Assembly (NCBI GenBank): GCA_032718475.1
Contig: JAUCBJ010004059.1
Coordinates: 11,013 to 75,012 of the forward strand
Origin: Nemertoderma westbladi
Lineage: Eukaryota; Animalia; Xenacoelomorpha
Direction of reading: 5' to 3'
DNA length: 64,000 bases
Part shown: positions 38,701-51,395 of the stretch, in pieces
How the letters are laid out: each line of letters starts with the position of its first letter
How positions within the stretch are numbered: the stretch's first letter is position 1
Made by a program: the position numbers and the translations under genes
The notes under the pieces: generated by a model
Databases searched by the model: none
What the model saw: only the letters and a program-made list of their open reading frames with translations
Told to the model about the DNA's origin: nothing

Positions 38701-39200
38701 AGAAAATCTAATAATGCTGAATGATTTTTAGGTAAAGAGCGGCAGTTTAGGTGAATAATTTTTATAGACGAGCCTTTTTTTAATAATCTGTAATAATCTT
38801 TATTAATCTGCTGCTCAGTGCAGGTTCCTTTGTCATGGTTTATATTATTTAAATTTGAATGAGGATCGAGGTGACTAAAAGTTTGGCTGAGAATGTCAGA
38901 CTCCAGGAAGGTAGAACTGGCTGAACAAAAAATATCAAGATCGGATGACGGAACTGAAAAAATGGAAATATTTCAAGAGAACAAAAATTACAAAATAAAT
39001 TAGTGGGTCTGGACACAACTTCCTGCAGGGTGAGATACGTTCCACATTGGTAGTGATAGTAGTTGCAGCATATTGCACACCGGACAGATTGGTTTGAATA
39101 AACAAAAGGGGAGAATCAAAACGCACAAGAGGAATGGGATTCGGGCATAAAAAATAAAGACTGGTTGAATTTAAGTAAACAGAAAGCACCAAATTGATAA
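35800..39200 (-). mobile_element. Near-complete L2/CR1-group LINE ORF2 (APE + RT) with frameshifts
   Basis: APE: HLNCRSL ~38750, FSETF, YRPD, GDMN, LIDHIF. RT: NYRPISLLP, DLKKAFD, GVPQG, FADD; C-terminal SIRYQGPTIWNSVP. Ends approximate. Confidence 0.9.
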
Positions 39201-40145
39201 GCTAGCGCCACTGATTGCACTGTACCATTAGTAATAAAGCACACCCACAAGCAAATAACAAACAGAACGTGATTTGCACAAGTTATCTAGACCATTTTAT
39301 ACACCAAAAGGGATAGAGAAGTGTCATTCAGGGACCTTTAGAGTTCTTAAGGGTAAAGTTAAAATTTTCGTATATTTTAGATAGCATTTCCTTTCTTCAT
39401 TCCCTCATTGTATGTCAAAATAAATAAAATACTTTGTTCACTATATTCCTCCTGAAATTAAAACAAACAAAACAACGTTTTAGCAATTTTATAAAGAAGG
39501 GGTCCTCCAGATGACAATGGGTCGCCCTATTCGAAGGAGAAATAACGTGCTTTTCAAATATACAACAAGATCGCGCGTTTTCAACAATAACTTGATGAGT
39601 TTGAGAAAAGATAGAAACAGATCAGGAAAAAAGTGCAGGCCGAAAGTGTTCAGGACCGGTTCAAATCCCTAAAAATGTTAATCTCATTTATTTTGGGTTA
39701 AAACGTGGGATTCGACTGATTTCAGTAGCAGAAAAGATAATAATTATGTTAAATCGCATCAAGTTTCTTAAAGGTGTAGAGATAATTATTATGTCTGCTT
39801 GGCAACAACCAGAATGGTTTCCACAAATGTATTCTTATATGCCAAGGACAAGCTGTCGGCTGTCATTATGTTGTAGTTTGTAGACATATTTTTAAGGCAT
39901 AGTCTGTTTTGGATCAGAAAACTATCTAGTAAGAAAAAATAACGTCATTCATAAACATAAATCATTTATTAATATTTAAATAAAACTTATAAACTATTAA
40001 TACATTTTAATGTGAAAATTTAATTCGAAAAATGATCGTAACAATATATCATGACAGTTTAACGGCCCTATCTCTAAGATTATACAAAATATGTACAAAC
40101 ATCTTATTGCAGCTCCCATAAACGACAGACCTCCTACACTCCCCC

Positions 40146-40472
40146 CTACTCCCCACCACCCCCAGTCTCTCCCACCCCACCAACCACAGTCTCTCCCACC
40201 CCACCAACCCCAGTCTCTCCCACCCTCTCTTCACTCCCAACAATGTTCTCCTTTATTCTCGTATGAACGTAACTCCTTATCATATCGATAGTCCTGGCTT
40301 CCAACCACCCGGTCACTGGGTGACAGGAGTCACCTTCCATCCCGTCATTCATCGCCACCATCTCCCGCACCCGGTCCAGTAGAATGTCGCACAACTGGTA
40401 GACAAAGAAGCGTTGCATGGGGACCGTATCCGGGTAGAAGTAAACGAGAGATTCCGCGACCTCGTCGCTAAG
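40146..40472 (-). CDS. GTF3C5: GTF3C5 exon 2 (total ~490 aa)
   Basis: Acceptor tatctttAG, phase 0. LSDEVAESLVYFYPDTVPMQRFFVYQLCDI...CHPVTGWL matches the GTF3C5 C-terminal YQLCD and C...GW motifs. Confidence 0.85.
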   Translation of the reverse strand, partial: LSDEVAESLVYFYPDTVPMQRFFVYQLCDILLDRVREMVAMNDGMEGDSCHPVTGWLEARTIDMIRSYVHTRIKENIVGSEERVGETGVGGVGETVVGGVGETGGGGE

Positions 40473-40818
40473 CTAAAGATAAAGTTAAACATTAAACAGG
40501 CGATCTAATATATTATTTAAAATTAAAAGAAATAATAATAAAACAAATCAAATAAAAAACAGAGTCATAGGGGAGGGGGGTGCGAAAAGGAAATTAATTT
40601 ATTGTTTTGGGTATAAACACTAAACAGTGTCACTCTAACCTGTTCCTTTCTTACAATTTCGAAAAAATAGAGAAAGAATAGCGAAAAAATACCCTAAAAT
40701 ATTTAAAACTTAAAATTTATATTTTTTGTACCCACCGCCCTTTTACCCTAATAATACCTTGTAGAAAAGAGTCTATCATGCAATAATTTAGAAACTGAAA
40801 GTAATATGAATCGTTTAC

Positions 40819-41964
40819 CTTAACGCCCCGACTGGAGACTCCCGGCTGCCCAGGCGACTGGTTCTGCCCGAATATGGAGCCGATAAATACGGACCTCCGG
40901 GTGGCCACGTTGTTTCGCTGTGTTACGAACTGGTGCTCCAGGTGGCGAGTCACTTTAAGATGGACCGAGGCGAACTCGTCTCCCTTGAGACGGAAATCGA
41001 CCTTCTGGTAGATCTTGGCGGACTTCTCCTTGGAAGGATCGAACCCGAATCGGATCCATAAGGTGCGCCAAGGGCCGGAACTCATGTAGAAGGCGAGGCA
41101 GGGGAGGATGTTCTTGAGTTTGTGTTGGTGGAGGCCGGTTCGTAGGGTTATAGCGGCTCGCGACCAGATTGGGCGCTCCGTGAAGGCCTCGTGGAGAGTC
41201 GATAAATCCGCGGTGCAACCGGCGGGAGGGAAGGAGACCTTGGGAGGGGGGTGAGTCGGGACCGGGTCGCCCAGGGCTACCGAGACCGCGTGCGAGACGC
41301 GAGAACGACGGGTAGAAGCCACGGAACCGTCGGCGCCCGGGTAGTAGTCGGCGCCGGTCGCGGTCTGCGGGGTCTGTCGGAAGAACGACGGCTGTGGTTT
41401 ACCGGAACGAGAGAAGATAGGAGGAGGGAGGAACAAAGGAACCGTTCTACTCGCGAGGAAGTTAGGAGTCATTATACCACGCAGAGTAATGTCCGGGAGA
41501 ATGTCCGTGTATTTGTCGTCCGATTGTCGTACTACAGGTAAATACTGAAAGTCTGACATACTGCTGAACCGGTATGTACCTTCTACTCTACCTACCAGCT
41601 CGTAATTTAAAAGAACAGGGTTTTCCGAGGAGTTTTTCTTGCGTTTTGTGCGGATTTTTATGAGAACGGAGTGTTTGGAGACCGGGTCGCCGGACAGACT
41701 GTGGCAGAACGGGTCGGCCGGACGGAATTTAATCTCGAGTCGTCGGTTGGCGTCGGAGGCAACCATGGTTAGTTGATCGATTCCGCCCATCGTCGCCAGG
41801 GCGCGCTCCTCGTTCTGTACTATCGCCGGGTATTCCACGCAGATAACGGGCGCTGGAGGGGGCCCTGTCGCGTTGGTTGCGTACGTGTAAGTAGGGACGC
41901 TTGTTGTCACGGAAAACACCGGGGTTGCACCGGTACCGGTAGATGAATTGCATTGTGAATCCAT
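40819..41964 (-). CDS. GTF3C5: General transcription factor IIIC subunit 5 (tau95), exon 1 of 2
   Basis: CVEYPAIVQNEERALATMGG, FRPADPFCH, FSSMSDFQY, PPPIFSR, FTERPIWSR, AFYMSSGPWRTLWIRFGFDP, IYQKVDFR. Donor AAG|GTAAAC after 40819, phase 0. Confidence 0.92.
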
Positions 41965-42602
41965 CTTGATTTAAATGGTACAGGCTGACAGGTGAGCGTG
42001 AGCCAAGGCCGAGCAGATCTTCGGTCTTTACAGTACCGCAGTCAGGCAGTACACTGTGCACTGGTACATTACCGGTAAGTAGGCCTAGTACAGTTGTAGT
42101 AGGCACAAGGGGGTGTAGGCCTACAAGAAGACTACAAAAACAGAAAAATAATATTAAATAAAAAAATGGTTTTTTTAATCATTAATAAAGTAGGAATATA
42201 TCCATTTTCTAGAAAAGAAAGATCAAGAGTCCCCGAATTCTGTAGGTATTCAGGTATTTCCAAAACCCTTCGGTCAACCTCAATCTGTTAATCTGTATTT
42301 CTTCAGAGCCGGTGATTCCGGACGATTTAAGGATGCCACTATCATCTTACTTTATTTTACTGAAATAATAATTGCATTACAGTAGTAGAGATACTACATG
42401 ATTGGAATGTAGTAGAGGTAATATTTTTATAGCAAATATATTTTCATAGGATATACTGTACGGTGCTATTGGAGATTGCTAAAGGTATGCCTTTAGTAGT
42501 TTTTTTTACTGTACCTAACGATTTTGAGTTTTGAATATCAGCCGGTAGATTGTTCCGTACTTTACTGACTGATATGATATGTAATAAATAGTTACTTATT
42601 TA

Positions 42603-43498
42603 CACCATGACCCGTAATATAGTGTCATTTTCTGAATGACACGGACACCCCCCAAATTTTTCTACAAATCTTCATCAAATTGCTTGAAATTGGAAACACA
42701 ACTACTAGTTTAACTCACCGTGGTTGTTACCATGAAGCCGGAATTTTCGATTTCGCTTTTAAATTTTATTTATAAGTGTTTTAAAAAAGTGTCTTTTTCG
42801 AAATCGCACCCTCTGTATCATTGCCATTCTTCACTTTAGTCGTAATTTTTTCACATCAATAGAAAGCTTGCGTTGAAAGGATTCCAAATATGTAGCAATA
42901 TCTGAATTTCATTGAGAAACAGCTGAGAAATAGGCGTTTAAAGATTGCAAGAATTATTGTTCGCCGCAAGCCATTTATTCTATTTAATAAATACACAAAA
43001 TTCTAGAACGTGTTATTTATTTTATGAGTTGGTAGGCAACAGCGGTATGCCTATACAATATCTATATTGCATAGCTAATCATTCATAAACAAATTGTTCC
43101 AGAATATTGTGTATTTATTAAATAGAATAAATGGTCTGCAGTGAACAATAATTCTTGCAATCTTTGAGTGCCCATTTCTCAGCTGTTTCTCAACGAAATT
43201 CAGACATTGTTACATATTTGGAATCCTTGCAACGCAAGCTTTCTATTGATATGAAAAAATTACGACTAAAGTGAAGAATGGCCACGATACGGAGGGTGCG
43301 ATTTCGGTGCTTTTTTTTAAAACGCTTATGAATAAAATTTAAAGGCGAAATCGAAAATTCCGGCTTCATGGTAACAACCACGGTGAGTGGAACTAGTTGT
43401 GTTTCAAATTTCAAGCAATATGATAAAGATTTGTAAAAAAATTTGGGGGGGGGGGGTCCGTGTATTGAGAAAATGACACTATATTACGGGTCATGGTG
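42603..43498. mobile_element. Foldback/MITE with ~400-bp inverted arms and a TA target (Tc1/mariner-like)
   Basis: TA|CACCATGACCCGTAATATAGTGTCATTTTC ... GAAAATGACACTATATTACGGGTCATGGTG|TA. The arms continue with substitutions to ~43010 and ~43095. Confidence 0.88.
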
Positions 43499-45339
43499 TA
43501 ATTAGAAATTATTTCTGAATAACAAATACTTTTTTTATCAGACTGTGACTACCTTTAATTATTACATTGAAAGATAGAGTTTCACCTCCCTCCTCCTTGC
43601 TGGGTGAGCCAGAATCTTTATTATTGGCTTTCATTCTTTAGCTACAAGTGTTTGAAAAAGGTGTCTCCGTCGATATTGCACCAGTATGTTGATATCCGTT
43701 GTTTTGTTAAACATCTCGATGTCTCTTGGTGTGAAACTCCCTCACCACGAGGATAATAAGTCTGAGGCTGATGCGTTCCTGGATGTTGCCAAGCGACTTG
43801 CGTCCTGAATTTGAATTTAATTTGAATTTGTTTAATTAATTAAAGACCATATCCGGAACACACATTACAGTAAAATAAACAACTTAATCAGAGTAAAATA
43901 ATACAATATAAACAACAATTAATATATAAGTTAGATATATGAACTTTAGAGATTTAATATTAATTATTAGATTTAAAGATATTTAGACGTCTTTACGTAA
44001 GATTTCTGATTTATAGGCTAATTAAAATATAACGCAAATAGTTTTCCGACCATTCTTGTTGTTAGCACCATCGGCTCCTAAAGTAAGTATCTATTAAGTT
44101 CTAAAATAAAATAAATTGGATTAGTTCCACCAAGTTTGCATTAATCAAGTAGTCAATGCACTGAATGTCACACTACCATGCACAATGTCTATTAATTAAT
44201 AAAATATTTAATATTTGCAGATCCGATCGGTTATATTTTTAGATTAATTTATTCATAGTTAATTACGAATAAATTAAAATAAAAAATTTAAATCAAATTT
44301 AAGTTAAACCATGTAAATAATTTTTATTCCAAAATTGTAACATTACTCAACGCCGTTAGTATTAACAGCGAGTTGTTATTTTTAGCACTTTACAATTTTA
44401 GAGGACATTACAGCATTCTATTGGCCTGTACAATTAGTATTGTATTTGGTGTTTGTTATTGTTTACGTGACGACGCAAGACGACGTTAAGTAATGTCCAC
44501 TAAGGGGACATAACTTAACGCCGTCATTGGTTACCACGTAAACATTATGTGGTACAGTATTTGCCTGACAGCCAGATAGGCCTTCTGCATTACCTACCGG
44601 TAGGCGGGGTATAGCTATTTATAACCAGTAGCTATAAACTATTAGCATGGCTCCAAACGCCACCATAAATATAAGCTAACTTATTTATAACATAATTTAT
44701 GTCATTTTTACAATTATTTATACAGCAACTAATATAATTTGTGCAGTTTCTATCACATATAATGTAAATGTACAATCATTTCGTAATGTTAAAATTTTGG
44801 AATAAAACTACATACATAATTGATGCCAAGTACTTTACAGTGTTCTGATCCTCGTGGCTTTATTTTCACTGACTCACTAACGTTCGTTCGTGTAACAAAG
44901 CCACTTGGATCATCACACTGTAAAGTGCTACTTTACACACAAGTATGTAAATAGTTATTTTAAAACGTATTGTGTGATTTGGCAATGTCATAGATTAATA
45001 ATGAAATATTCGTTTAGTTGTCCTGTTGTCATTAAAATTTATGACAATACAATATAAATACATTAGAAAGACTTACGAGTTAATTATGAATAAATATTTA
45101 AAATAACATTCTAACTAAGTATCTTACATTAATTACATTAGTTAATTATGAATAAATATATAAAATATAAAATAACATTCTAAAACGTATCAATGATCAA
45201 TATCATATAATATAAGAAAAAGTGGCGCCTGTAGTGAGGGAGCCATATCTTGATCAAAATGAAGCGTGCAAACTATAAAATATAATGTTAATGATTAATA
45301 AATATTTAATTATCAGGGTCTCTTATAAACGTATGATGT

Positions 45340-46693
45340 TTCCATTGAATTATTCCACGAACCGGTGCACCATTGTAGGAGATCGACACCATCGAGACCT
45401 TTCTTGAACAGGTTAAGCTATTGTGCGCGCTACTGATTCTGGAAGGGAGTTCCACAAATCCAGCCGTTGAACAGAGAAATAGCTAGAAAAGCTAGCCCGG
45501 TTGGATTGAGGTATGTGAAGCTTTCGGGGATGTCCACATGTGCGAGTTGATGCGAGTGTAAAAAATCGGTTGACAATTAGAGGAGTCAACCCGGATAACA
45601 TTTTGTACATTAGAATTAGATCAGCAGCAATCCACCGTTCCTCCAATGGTTTTAAACCGCATATCTTTAGTCTATCTCTGTAGGCGCATCCATATAGCCC
45701 AGGGAGACATCGTGTGAAGTCCCTTTGAACTTTCTCCACTATGTTTATGTCGCGATCGCATCGATATCGGGGCTGGGGCACCATATAATTGAATTATGTT
45801 CAAGAATTGGACGTCCGAAAGTGCAATAAAGATCGCAAAGAAATGCAATATCCCGATGTCCGAAAGCTCGCTTGATTTGGAAGCAAACTCGCCGTGACTT
45901 TCTTGTAATGAAGGATACATGCTCAGAGAAGTGGAGGTCTGCAGAAACAATGATCCCAAGATCACGTTCAAAAGGCGTGGTTCCATTTATTGTGTAGGTT
46001 CGCATATTATTCTGAGTTGATGGTTGTGCAGTGAGACACAGGAACACTTTGTGAGGTTCAAATCCATTTGCCTGACCAATCAAAGAGTTTGTTTACATCA
46101 GATTGCAGAGCTGTGTAGTCAGATAGCCCTGTAATAGCTCGATATAACTTTGTCTATCAGCAAATTCTTTGTCGCCTGTACCTGGTGAAATGGCGTCAGT
46201 TGAGTCTCCCATATGCATAAGAAAACATGTGGTAGCTAAAATGCTACCTTGGGGAACACTACTCGTCACGTCACACTTCGTAGATAGTACCCCATCAACT
46301 CTGGTTCGCTGAGTCCGTCCAGATAGAAATGCAGATATCCATTGGAGTAGTTGGCCTTGTATACCATAGCTCCCGATTTTTGTAAGTAACTTTGGGTGGG
46401 TAACTCTGTCAAAAGCTCTCTTGTAGTCAGTATATATAATGTCCACAGGCGACCCATTATTACGTGCTTCATACTAATCCAGGGTACTCTCTAACATCTG
46501 AACATATATGTGATAGTGTTGATCTCCGTCTAAGAAATCCATGTTGATTTTTATTGATGGCATTGTTTTCAAGCAAGTATCTAATTAGTTCACGGCGAAT
46601 AAAAATAAAGTGTCTAACTACGCGTTGGCCTACGCACAGGTCGAAAAGATTTACCTCCGGTCCGGTCGGTTTCCCTGTAATTTTTTCTCCCAT
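45340..46693 (-). mobile_element. Degenerate CR1-clade LINE RT fragment
   Basis: QHGFLRRRST, DYKRAFD, SVPQGS, ERDLG, RPILEH, IVEKVQR, FSVQRLDLWNSLP spread across frameshifted ORFs. Confidence 0.88.
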
Positions 46694-47272
46694 TATTGCT
46701 AATATAATTTTTACTCTCTACAAAGAAATCCACTCCTTATAATAAATCTAAAAATAGTTAATTTATTATTATATTACAGTACAAACGCAAATTTAGCTTT
46801 TAAAAACGCTCTCAAGATCAGTACAGAAGTGAAGTAGGTACCCCTACACGCCTACAGCCCTACCATGGGCCCCCGCCCTGGTACCGGGCCCAGTGCAGCA
46901 GTGCGCAGTCTGGTTTGCCAGTCCAAGTACCGTCCACAAGTCAGCAAGTAGTACAGCGCTGTACAGTAAGTAGTCCAGTAGTCTGGCTGGTAGTAGGCAT
47001 GCTTGCCTTAGTCTGTTAGTAATCTGGTAATTGAATAGGTCTACTTCCAGCCTGACTTCCAGTTCCAGACTGTACTACAGTACCGGTACTGCAGTACGGT
47101 ATAACAGTATAATACTGTAATACAGTAATAACCTGATACAGTCTGACAGCTGGACAGTGATATCTGGATAATGGTCCCTTAAAATGCTGAAATGTAAAAC
47201 CCACAATCAGTCAGTCTGTCAGTCAGTCAGTGGTAAAATAAAAATAGAAACTTCTAAATAAATAATCTGATA

Positions 47273-49224
47273 ATGGCGGGTGCTGATAAAATTGACCTCA
47301 TTTCTAACGAAGAGGAATACCCGCAAACAAAAGAAAAAGAGGAAAAATACAGCGATATTAATCCAAACATAAACCACACAGACAAAGACTCTAGTAGTAC
47401 CGAGAGCGGTACCAACACTGACTCGTCATCGGTAACCGAGGAAACGACCAATCCCAACAAGCTCGCGGGAATATTCGTCACGTCGTTCCACACTAAACTA
47501 GGCAACACGTTGGACTGGTACAAACTCGCACCGGGGTACGAAACAACTAATCTCATCGACGGATCGATCGAGTTCAAAGCGCTGCCCTCCGGTGGACACA
47601 ACGTCCAGTCGGATTTCGTCTACTTCCGGCACGAGAGACTCTACGGACTCGCGTGTTTCCGTAACCTCAGGGTTGACACGGAGACCGAACGCGGTCTACG
47701 GACCAGGTCTGTGGGTGTTCTCGCCCCTAACTACAACGTACTCTACCGCTACTTGGACTTTCTAGACGGACAAGTAGGTCGGCAGTTAGCCAACCCCGGT
47801 AACTTCGACCATCTCAGTTGTTTCTTCGATTATAACATGTTGGATAAACCGACGGATGTTGAGATTACAGACAGTGCAATAATACCAGTAGCCACGGATA
47901 CCGGAACATATAACTCATATGAGGATGAAGTTGAGAATGTGAGTTCATAAAAATTTGTATTTTGGATCATTTGATTAAATATTTTTTCAGCCCAATGTCT
48001 GTTTTATAGGCCAACGGATATAATTATTGAGATCAATATCGACAGAGACAGCTTTTTCAAACGCTTGTAGGTAGCTAAAGAATGAAAGCGAAAATAAAAT
48101 ATGTTAGCTCACCCATTAAGCAAAGGAGGAGGGAGGTGAAACTATCTCTGTTTCAAATTTCATGCAATCTCATTAAGGACTCTTTTTCCTATAAACACAA
48201 CATTAAATAAGTCTATTATTTATACCGGTATTGAGAAATAGGCCTATTTAGTATATTTAATATTACGAATATTTCCCCATAGATACATTGCCCCTCCGGT
48301 ATTTACAAACAATTCATTGAATTCTTCCGAGAACAAACTTTCCTGCTATGGAAACTCTCCCTGCTGAACCAACGGATCCTATTCGTGGCCCCACCGCCCA
48401 TCGGCGCCGTTTGCCACAGAGTCTACTGCTGCGCGAACCTGGGCAAACATTCCGTGCCCAACCTGCCGCCTAGGAAGGGGCGACTTCATCCATGGTTCTA
48501 TATCAATGTCGCAGATATAGATACTATAAGGAATCAGGTTAGTAAAATATATTGAATATCTCGCTCTGGAGGTCGTGGGTTCGACCCCTGTGGGGGCCAG
48601 GGCGAATGCTTTAAAAGGACTAGCATCCTTAAATGGTAGCTAAATGAGTACCAGTTTACTTTGGGGGGTATAGTTCTGGGGGGACCGCACTGGAAATAAG
48701 TAAATACGTCTTTGATAATATTTTTCGCAACATATCTTTACTAATTAATTAAATTAACATTAAATAAATTCTAACTGCAACTTAACAGACACCGATTATG
48801 TTTACAGAGGAGTTACGTTGCTTGTACCACTGAGAGAGTGTTCGATGGTAAAGTAGAACTCTACGACGCGATAGTAGACGGACAAACGATAACCGTGGTG
48901 GATAAAACGCGGGAACAGATACTGAAAGTAAATAAAGCGGACATAACTAGATGGAAAGGGTTGCAGATTGAGTTGGAAGCCAACAGCGCATCCAAACACC
49001 CGATAGCGGAGGACACAGTGATCTGTAGGTACCTGGAGGACGCGAGTAACAGACTACTGGGGGAGTTCGACTCGGTTAGGGACTCGCCCGATATGGAGCT
49101 AACAGCTGCGGCCATACAGTCGGCCGGGTTGGATCCCAAGGCCGATAGAGTGTTTGTGTTGGCTCTACTCCAGAGTTACAGTATAGACGCCATACTGGTT
49201 GTGGACAACCCATGTTGTCCATAA
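47273..49224 (+). CDS. DENND11: DENN domain-containing protein 11 (LCHN/KIAA1147); exons 47273-47938, 48283-48537, 48808-49224; ~445 aa
   Basis: IFVTSFHTKLGN, IEFKALPSGGH, DFVYF, YGLACF; exon 2 QFIEFFREQTFLLWKLSLL..RILF..PPPIG.VCHRVYCC; exon 3 SYVACTTERVF; ends VDNPCCP*. Both introns are GT-AG and phase 0. Confidence 0.92.
48560..48670 (+). mobile_element. tRNA-derived SINE fragment in DENND11 intron 2
   Basis: B-box GGTTCGACCC at ~48578, then CATCCTT...TAAATGAGTACCAG resembling the conserved Deu/Nin SINE central domain. Confidence 0.55.
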
Positions 49225-49816
49225 CTCGTGTCGTAAAATTGGGCTGGACAAACCAAAATTGTTTTTCTACTAATCTAAATGAAATCTTAAACATTAAAGT
49301 TTCAAATTTTATGCGATTTCATTTCATTAAGATTTGTAGGAAAATGATGCCCCAGGGGGGGTCCAGGTCTCTGAATTACGACCCTATATTTCAGGTGTAG
49401 TCACTAGAAATTGTCCTACTTATGAAATAACATTAACTTTTACTTAGATTTACAGTGTAACCATCCATCTAAATGTCAGTATCGCTTTATATTAATAAAT
49501 AAATATTACCTTTTATTCACTGTTTTAGTGTTTATGTAATTATCCATTCCCAATCGTACACAGTGTTTTCTTTTGGTGCATTTTTATTCGTGTTTTTAAT
49601 AAAATATTGTCGTATAACTGTTATTTATTATAACTTGATAGTCATACGTTACAGACTAACTGTTCATTATTTCGCGTAAATATTTATTACGTTACAGTGG
49701 CTCTAAATTATTATTATCTTAATAATGACTATTTATGGGGAGAGCCACGGAGTTAGTGAGCTTCAGCATACAGTACCGGGCGAAGTCGACATTGTCCGTC
49801 TTTCCAACCCAATAAC

Positions 49817-51395
49817 TCATTGAATGCGAATATCTCTGTATCGCGTGGTGTAGGGGAGGGAGTCCAACACACACATGGGGGGAGTGCAGGCTACATATGG
49901 ACGTTTCCGGTTTATATTTTAAAAAGCGATGAAACATCCGCATTAGATTTGATAAAACGGAAGGTTTAATTTATTATTAATGTGTTAATAGCTGTATATT
50001 ATTCAGTACTTAAATTATTATTTATATTTATCGTTGTAAATTTATTAATTAGTTGTAATTACATATTACATCATTATATTAATTATTATATAATATTGAG
50101 CTGATAGAAAAACAATTACGTATTTGCTATGCTACAACAAAAGTTCGGCGCGGGGGGGGGGGGGGGGGGGGGGTACAGCAATAACTTACCCAGGTACAGA
50201 ATCAACTCGCCCAAATACATTCAGCAGTACCTCGGTAACTCCTCCAGTAGTAACTCACCTAAGTACAGAAGTAACTTTATCTCCCGCCGTTGTTTACTGA
50301 GTCCTATAGGGTCGGTTACGTTGGCTGGAAATAAATCAGTCCAATTAGAAGTCGAGTTAGAGCCGTTGAACCAATAGCCTTCATTCACCAAACCTTCTAC
50401 CTCAATATCGTATGATTGGTTCATCACGCTACCGCTAGATGGTGCCCTAGAACAAAATATAAACATTTCTTCTAAAAGTGCCAAATTTATTTCTCAAAAT
50501 GTTCAATTTGTGTTCCATTTATAAATAAGCTAAATTCAATGGTAACTCAAAATGTGTGCTACAGCATAGTTCATTTTGTACTGTATCATGTTGTTAGATA
50601 GCAGGTATCGGTAATCTACAAAGTTTACAAAATTTCAAACAACATTTTAGCAATGTTCCTCATCATGGATTTAATTAATTATCGTGTAAAAAGACGCGCA
50701 AGACGCTCCGCTTTCAATTGATATAAACCACGTGTGAAATGATTGAGATTTAATGTGTATTATTGAATCGATCGAAAATCTATATTCATAGAAACCAAGA
50801 TAAGAAAATATCAGATCACTTAGTAGTGACATCAAATCTGTGGCAATCAATCACAACCGATTTACACCGCTACCCGCGCTTACTTAAACCCACCATTTCG
50901 ACCGTTTCCTCGTGTTTTTACAAAAAAATACAACCCCCCACTCGATTCAACGCACCTCTTTACCAGTTTTGTTGCACGAAGGCCCCACCCGTGTCATTAG
51001 CAACACGTATTTTCTAGGACATAACACCACAAATTACTGAATTCCGAGATTCTTAATTAAAGACTTTGATGGGGTTGAAGTATTATTCTGAATTATAAAG
51101 ACAATTTCAATTGGTAGAAATCAATGTGAGGGCTCATGTTTCTTAATTTGTTATTAAATTTTCGAGATCTCAGTTTCTTATACAAAGGAATACTTACAGC
51201 CAGTCAGTACTAATGGCACCAGAACAGGTGCACTAAACTGTTAGTGGTAGGTATAATACCGGTAGGTCAATACCAATAGCAGATAATTAGTTTCAATTTA
51301 AAACATCAAAAAGTTTACTTACCTTTTTGTACCTGGAAAAAGGTGTTGCATCGCAAAATGCTTAGGATGTAAGGTAACAAACAAATAGTACGCAT
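49817..51395 (-). CDS. Putative secreted pre-pro-peptide, paralog of the 53955-54773 gene; exons 51333-51395, 51198-51232, 50259-50446, 49817-49890 (last exon uncertain)
   Basis: Phase-compatible GT-AG splicing gives MRTICLLPYILSILRCNTFFQ|CTCSGAISTDWL|APSSGSVMNQSYDIEVEGLVNEGYWFNGSNSTSNWTDLFPANVTDPIGLSKQRREIKLLLYLA|CTPPMCVLDSLPYTTRYRDIRIQ*. Confidence 0.4.

Noticed and set aside
40717-40818. C-terminal extension of the 415-aa ORF (VNDSYYFQFLNY...)
   Set aside because: Read-through into the intron after the donor at 40819; homology resumes in exon 2.
48560-48610. tRNA gene
   Set aside because: Only a B-box/T-arm-like part is present with no full cloverleaf, and it is followed by a SINE-like body.
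50190-50225. Selenocysteine (C-U) read-through at the in-frame TGA after LPRYC
   Set aside because: A strong upstream donor (AG|GTGAGT at 50259) explains the region without read-through, and no SECIS was recognised.
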